From Octopus sinensis (Eukaryota): a stretch of 13,256 nucleotides of DNA. Of this stretch, positions 9,051 to 13,256 are shown one piece after another. A program made the position numbers and the translations under genes. Within the stretch, counting starts at the first letter, position 1, and each line of letters opens with the position of its first letter. Location of the stretch: the NCBI RefSeq assembly GCF_006345805.1, contig NW_021826168.1, positions 1-13,256 of the forward strand, read 5' to 3'. Below the pieces are notes generated by a model. That model did not search any database. It saw only the letters and a program-made list of their open reading frames with translations, and had not been told where the DNA came from.

Positions 9051-9826
9051 TAAGTCGGTTAGATCGACACAAGTGCGTAACTGGTACTTAATCTATCGAC
9101 TCCAGAAGGATGAAAGGCAAAGTTGACCTCGGCGGAATTTGAACTCAGAACGTAGCGGCAGACGAAATACCTATTTCTTTACTAACCGCAAGGGGCTAAA
9201 CACAGAGCGGACAAAAAAGGGCAGGCAAACGGATTAAGTCGATTATATCGACCACCCCGATGCGTAACTGGTACTTAATTTATCGACCCCCGAAAGGATG
9301 AAAGGCAAAGTCGGCCTCGGCGGAATTTGAACTCAGAACGTAGCGACAGACGAAATACTTATTTCTTTACTACCCACAAGGGGCTAAACACAGAGAGGAC
9401 AAACAAGGACAGACAAACGGATTAAGTCGATTACATCGACCCCAGTGCGTAACTGGTACTTAATTTATCGACCCCGAAAGGATGAAAGGCAAAGTCGACC
9501 TCGGCGGAATTTGAACTCAGAACGTAGCGACAGACGAAATACGGCTACACATTTGGCCCGACGTGCTAACGTTTCTGTTTCTATATTACCCACAAGGGGC
9601 TAAACACAGAGAGGACAAACAAGGACAGACAAACGGATTACGTCAATTAGATCGGATTAAGTCGATTATATCGACCCCAATGCGCAACTGGTACTTAATT
9701 TATCGACCCCGAAAGGATGAAAGGCAAAGTCGACCTCGGCGGAATTTGAACTCAGAACGTAACGGCAGACGAAATACGGCTACGCATTTGGTCCGACGTG
9801 TTAACGTCTCTGCCAGCTCGCCGCCT
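9051..9826 (-). mobile_element. Head-to-tail array of four family C SINE copies
   Basis: taagtcg recurs at 9051, 9235, 9423 and 9658 (periods 184, 188 and 235 bp). The tRNA-like head is complete only in the last unit (to 9826). Confidence 0.92.
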
Positions 9827-10199
9827 TATTCAGACCGCAATATTTCGAAAGAAATTCTTGCACGAAATATTATGAGGAATTAATTATTTTACATTTTGAA
9901 GCAAAATTCAAAAATACAACAAAGGCAAATATTAAAATAGGGAAGAAGAATCACTCGTGGAGGTCGGCGGTGGTGGTGGTGGTGGTGGTGGTGGTCCGTG
10001 TCACGTGACCTGAAGTATTAGACAACAGGTGCGTGCCAGTCATTTGCAAGCAACAAGAAAGAGCTAAGAACTAATGGAAGGAAAGGAAAGAAAAAAAGGA
10101 GGAGGAGGAAGGAAGGAATGAGGGAAGGAAGAAGGAAGGAGCTGATTCTTGCAAACTAATCTTGATTATGTTCTGAAAGATAAGAAGACTCCTACAAAA

Positions 10200-10590
10200 G
10201 CCACCACCACCACCACCACCACCGCCGCCACAGTCAACGCCACCACAACCACCATTAGTGCAAGCACCATAATCATAACCATCACCACCACCACCACCAC
10301 CACCACCACCACCACCACCAACATCACCGCCGCCATCACCGCTGCCACCACGACCACCATCACCACCACCACGACCACCACGACCACCACGACCGCAACC
10401 ACCACGACCACCACGACCACCACGACCACGACCACCACCACCACCACGACCACCACCACCACCACCACCAACATCACCGCCGCCATCACCGCTGCCACCA
10501 CCACCACCACCACCACCACCATCACCACCACCACGACCACCACGACCACCACCACCGCCGCTATCACCGCTGCCACCACCACCACCACTT
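10200..10590. repeat. (ACC)n/(ACG) tract with higher-order repeat
   Basis: acatcaccgccgccatcaccgctgccacca occurs at 10321 and 10471, with a partial copy at about 10551. Confidence 0.93.
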
Positions 10591-10644
10591 TGTCTTCATT
10601 CACCATTAATTTTTTTAATCACGCATTGTCTTTTCTTGCTATCT

Positions 10645-10714
10645 GCTTCTCTCTATGTGTGTATATGTGTGTGTATGTGTGTGTATGTGTGTGTGTGACT
10701 ATGCCTGTGTTTGT

Positions 10715-10768
<54 letters not shown>

Positions 10769-10810
10769 GCTTATATATATGTGCGCACGCACGTATACAT
10801 ATACGCGCAT
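10645..10810. repeat. (TG)n/(TA)n microsatellite
   Basis: Directly visible. Confidence 0.93.
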
Positions 10811-10882
10811 AGTTAAGTGGTTAATTGGAGCAATAAGGGATAGTAGTTAATTAAACTAATTAGTGAAAATTAGATTTACTGC

Positions 10883-11155
10883 TGTTATTGTTGCTGTTTT
10901 TGTTGTTGTTGCTGGTGGCGGTGATGGTGATAGCTGCAGTGGTGGTGGTGGTGGTGGTGGTGGTTGGTGGTGGTGGTGGTGGTGGTGGGGGGGCGATGGT
11001 GGTGGTGGTGGTGTGGTGGTGGTGGTGGTGGTGGTGGTGGGGGGGGGCGATGGTGGTGGTGGTGGTGGTGTGTGGTGGTGGTGGGTGGTGGTGGTGGTGG
11101 TGGGGGCGATGGTGGTGGTGGTGGTGGCGGTGGTGGTGGTGGTGGCGGTAGCGAT
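10883..11155. repeat. (TGT)/(GGT)n tract with G runs
   Basis: Directly visible; gggggcgatggtggt occurs three times. Confidence 0.92.
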
Positions 11156-11220
11156 GTTACCTTTGTGGTTTTGTGAGGCGAGTTCTTCTATATGTCATAG
11201 TTCTACTTGCATATATATTT

Positions 11221-11380
11221 AAGGTAAGTATCTTGCTTCGGCAACAACATGGTTCTGGGTTCAGTCCACTGTGTGGCACCTTTGGCAAGTGTCTCTACTA
11301 AAGCCTCGGGTCGACCAAAGCCTTGTGAGTAGATTTGGTAGACGGAAAGTGAAAGAAGCTTGTTGTGTACATATTATATA

Positions 11381-11426
<46 letters not shown>

Positions 11427-11663
11427 TATATATATATATATATTATGTATGTATATGTTTGTGTGGTTGCGTTTGTCCCACCATCGCTTGACAACCGATG
11501 TTGGTGTGCTTATATTCCCGTAGCCTAGCGGTTCGGCAAAAGAATCCGATGGAATAAGTACTAGGCTTACACAGAATAAGTCTGGGGTCGATCTGTTCGA
11601 CTAAAGGCGGTGCTCCAGCGTGGCCGCAGTCAAATGACTGAAACAAATAAAAGAATAAAAGAA
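11221..11663 (+). mobile_element. CORE-type tRNA SINE (family B) with internal (TA)n
   Basis: B-box-like GGGTTCAGTCC at about 11257 and CORE-like ggcacctttggcaagtgtc at about 11275. (TA)n at about 11370-11455; tail ends in gaaacaaataaaagaataaaag. Inverted homolog of 5267-5736. Confidence 0.88.
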
Positions 11664-11741
11664 TATATATATATATATATTATATATATATATATAATAT
11701 ATATATATATAGATACATGTATGTGCGTATGTGTGTGTGTA

Positions 11742-11918
11742 TTTCTCTTACTTATTTAAGTCATTAGACCGCGACCATGCTGGAGCAACCACCAAGAAGT
11801 ATTTTAGTCGAATGAATCGACGCTAGTAGTCTTCTTAAAACCTGGTATTTATTCTACTTGGTCCTTTTGTGCCACTAAGTTACGGAGACGTAAACACACC
11901 AACACCGGTTGTCAAGAG
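11742..11918 (-). mobile_element. Older 3' fragment of SINE family B
   Basis: ccatgctggagca..ctaagttacggagacgtaaacacaccaacaccggttgtcaag aligns with 5304-5440 on the same strand. Confidence 0.75.
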
Positions 11919-12309
11919 GAACCATGACGCTGAGGATCAAACTTACTACCTTAAAGCCACGCCGACGTGTATAAAAGTCTGATGATCTACCGGCCGAACT
12001 ATATTCGTTATCAGCGGCAAATGCGGTATTAGTTCAATATAGCATGCTGTACATCTTACTTAACGTGGAAAGCCATAAAACAGCGGTCTTCGTCTCGAGA
12101 CAGCATCTCGTGTCGACGTATAAATACTAAAAAGTACAGAAGTATATCGAGAGCAAGCCAAAAGCGTGTAGGAGTCGAAGTGGTGGAATTGCTCAATCCA
12201 CATTTCTCCGTCTTTGCGTGTCGTCAGTAGCAACTATCTGCTGTGAACGGCTTGCTTAGATAGATTTAACCTCTACTACAAGTAATGCAACGCATGGCAC
12301 CCGTACTCC

Positions 12310-12344
12310 ACCAACCCCACCAACACCACCACCACCATCACCAT

Positions 12345-12375
<31 letters not shown>
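12310..12375. repeat. (CCA)n/(CTA)n microsatellite
   Basis: Directly visible. Confidence 0.9.
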
Positions 12376-12493
12376 GGGGAATACGCTATAACAATGAGAC
12401 CTTGTATCCGCCATTTCTTGGCGATTCCGTACTCCTGGCGGATGAGGCATATTTTGATATATATGTTCATAATGTCGTACTTTTTATCCATAA

Positions 12494-12890
12494 CTAGCAG
12501 TATCGCCCGGCGTTGCTCGGGTTTGTAAGGGAAATAACTATATAAGCATTTTTAGAGATGTAAAGTTTAATAGCCATCTCAATATGGCTAACCACAAAGG
12601 GGGGGGGTGTTACTGTAGCTTTTTACGTTCTGAGATTTAATAATAAATTTTTAGAGAGTTACTTCCCTTATATATGCCAAAAATGCATTAAAAATGGGAA
12701 AAATTGATGGTAAATTTTTTTAAAATCGTAGACTCATCGTAGACGCGCGCTAATACCCAGAAGGGCTCGATATGAATCACGACTATAAGATACCCGGTTT
12801 TGATTAAACTGCACCGCAAAATGTGGGAGTAGTTAGGAATCTAAATCGTAGGAGACAGACAGCACACAACCTCACTTTTATGTATAAAGA
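12494..12890 (-). mobile_element. Non-autonomous Helitron, 397 bp, both termini intact
   Basis: The minus strand reads A|TCTTTATAC...AACCCGAGCAACGCCGGGCGATACTGCTAG|T. It has 5'-TC, 3'-CTAG, an A/T insertion site without TSD, and a GC hairpin CCCG..CGGG (12506-12521) 8 nt before the CTAG. Confidence 0.88.
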
Positions 12891-13030
12891 TAAAGTAATG
12901 AAATCATTTTCTTTTAAATATATATTTACGCATGCAAACCTGTTAAACACACACACACACACACACGTATGAATGTTTGCGTAATGTGTTTATGCTTTTT
13001 TTATGTGCTGTAGATACCTAACAATATATG

Positions 13031-13256
13031 TACAAGGCGTGTTCCAGAAATTTCCAAATTTTTTAGGAGAGACGTTGTTAATTTCAAAGAAGCTCAAAAT
13101 TCTTATCTCCTTCAAAGATCCCGTGACGTCAATGGACTTGCTGTAGCGCTCCAACCCCTTCATGAAGGCCCTATGGAAATCGCCAAAACGAAGGGGTCCA
13201 GGACCCTAGTCACAGCCTCCTTCATCTTCTACTTCTTCGGCTGGGAAAAACAACTA
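13031..13256 (-). mobile_element. Mariner (Tc1/mariner) right end: TA + TIR and degraded transposase C-terminus; runs off the window
   Basis: TA at 13031-13032 followed by CAAGGCGTGTTCCAGAAATTTCC. The minus strand, allowing frameshifts, reads MKEAVTRVLDPFVL-DFHRAFMKGLERYSKSIDVTGS-FEGD, resembling the mariner C-terminal LxxRWxKCIxxxGxYFE motif. Confidence 0.8.

Noticed and set aside
9051-9826. CRISPR-like or prokaryotic repeat array
   Set aside because: The units are about 185 bp, have no unique spacers, and are homologous to dispersed tRNA-SINE copies in a eukaryotic context.
10149-10850. 233-aa mucin-like Thr-rich ORF
   Set aside because: It consists of (ACC)n plus TG/TA repeats, has no signal peptide, and runs through a dinucleotide tract.
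11978-12000. CTGATGAT..CCGAAC hammerhead-like motif; similar on the minus strand at 3950-3968
   Set aside because: GAAC replaces GAAA and there is no stem II or III pairing.
12406-12443. 8-bp inverted repeat atccgcca..tggcggat
   Set aside because: The stem is short with a 22-nt loop and no supporting context, so it is plausible by chance.

Overview
This is eukaryotic, repeat-rich, essentially non-coding DNA. By eye, about one third of it is di- or trinucleotide microsatellite. The repeat families resemble those I recall from octopus/cephalopod genomes; that assignment is an inference from memory, not a database result. There is no intact protein-coding gene, and nearly all supplied ORFs are translations of simple repeats. 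Transposon content: (1) a broken Penelope-like GIY-YIG endonuclease end at 270-783 (+); (2) three tRNA-derived SINE families: one full-length copy with a 12-bp TSD at 3996-4306, a CORE-type family carrying an internal (TA)n tract, and a third family clustered at about 7880-9826 that includes a four-unit head-to-tail array; (3) a complete 397-bp non-autonomous Helitron at 12494-12890 (-); (4) the right end of a mariner element at 13031-13256 (-). Other notable signals: a Penelope-type minimal hammerhead ribozyme motif at 1431-1465 (-); a CpG-rich island with YY1, E2F, RFX and CRE-like motifs at 2571-2830; and a possible two-exon minus-strand transcript whose intron hosts the TSD-flanked SINE.
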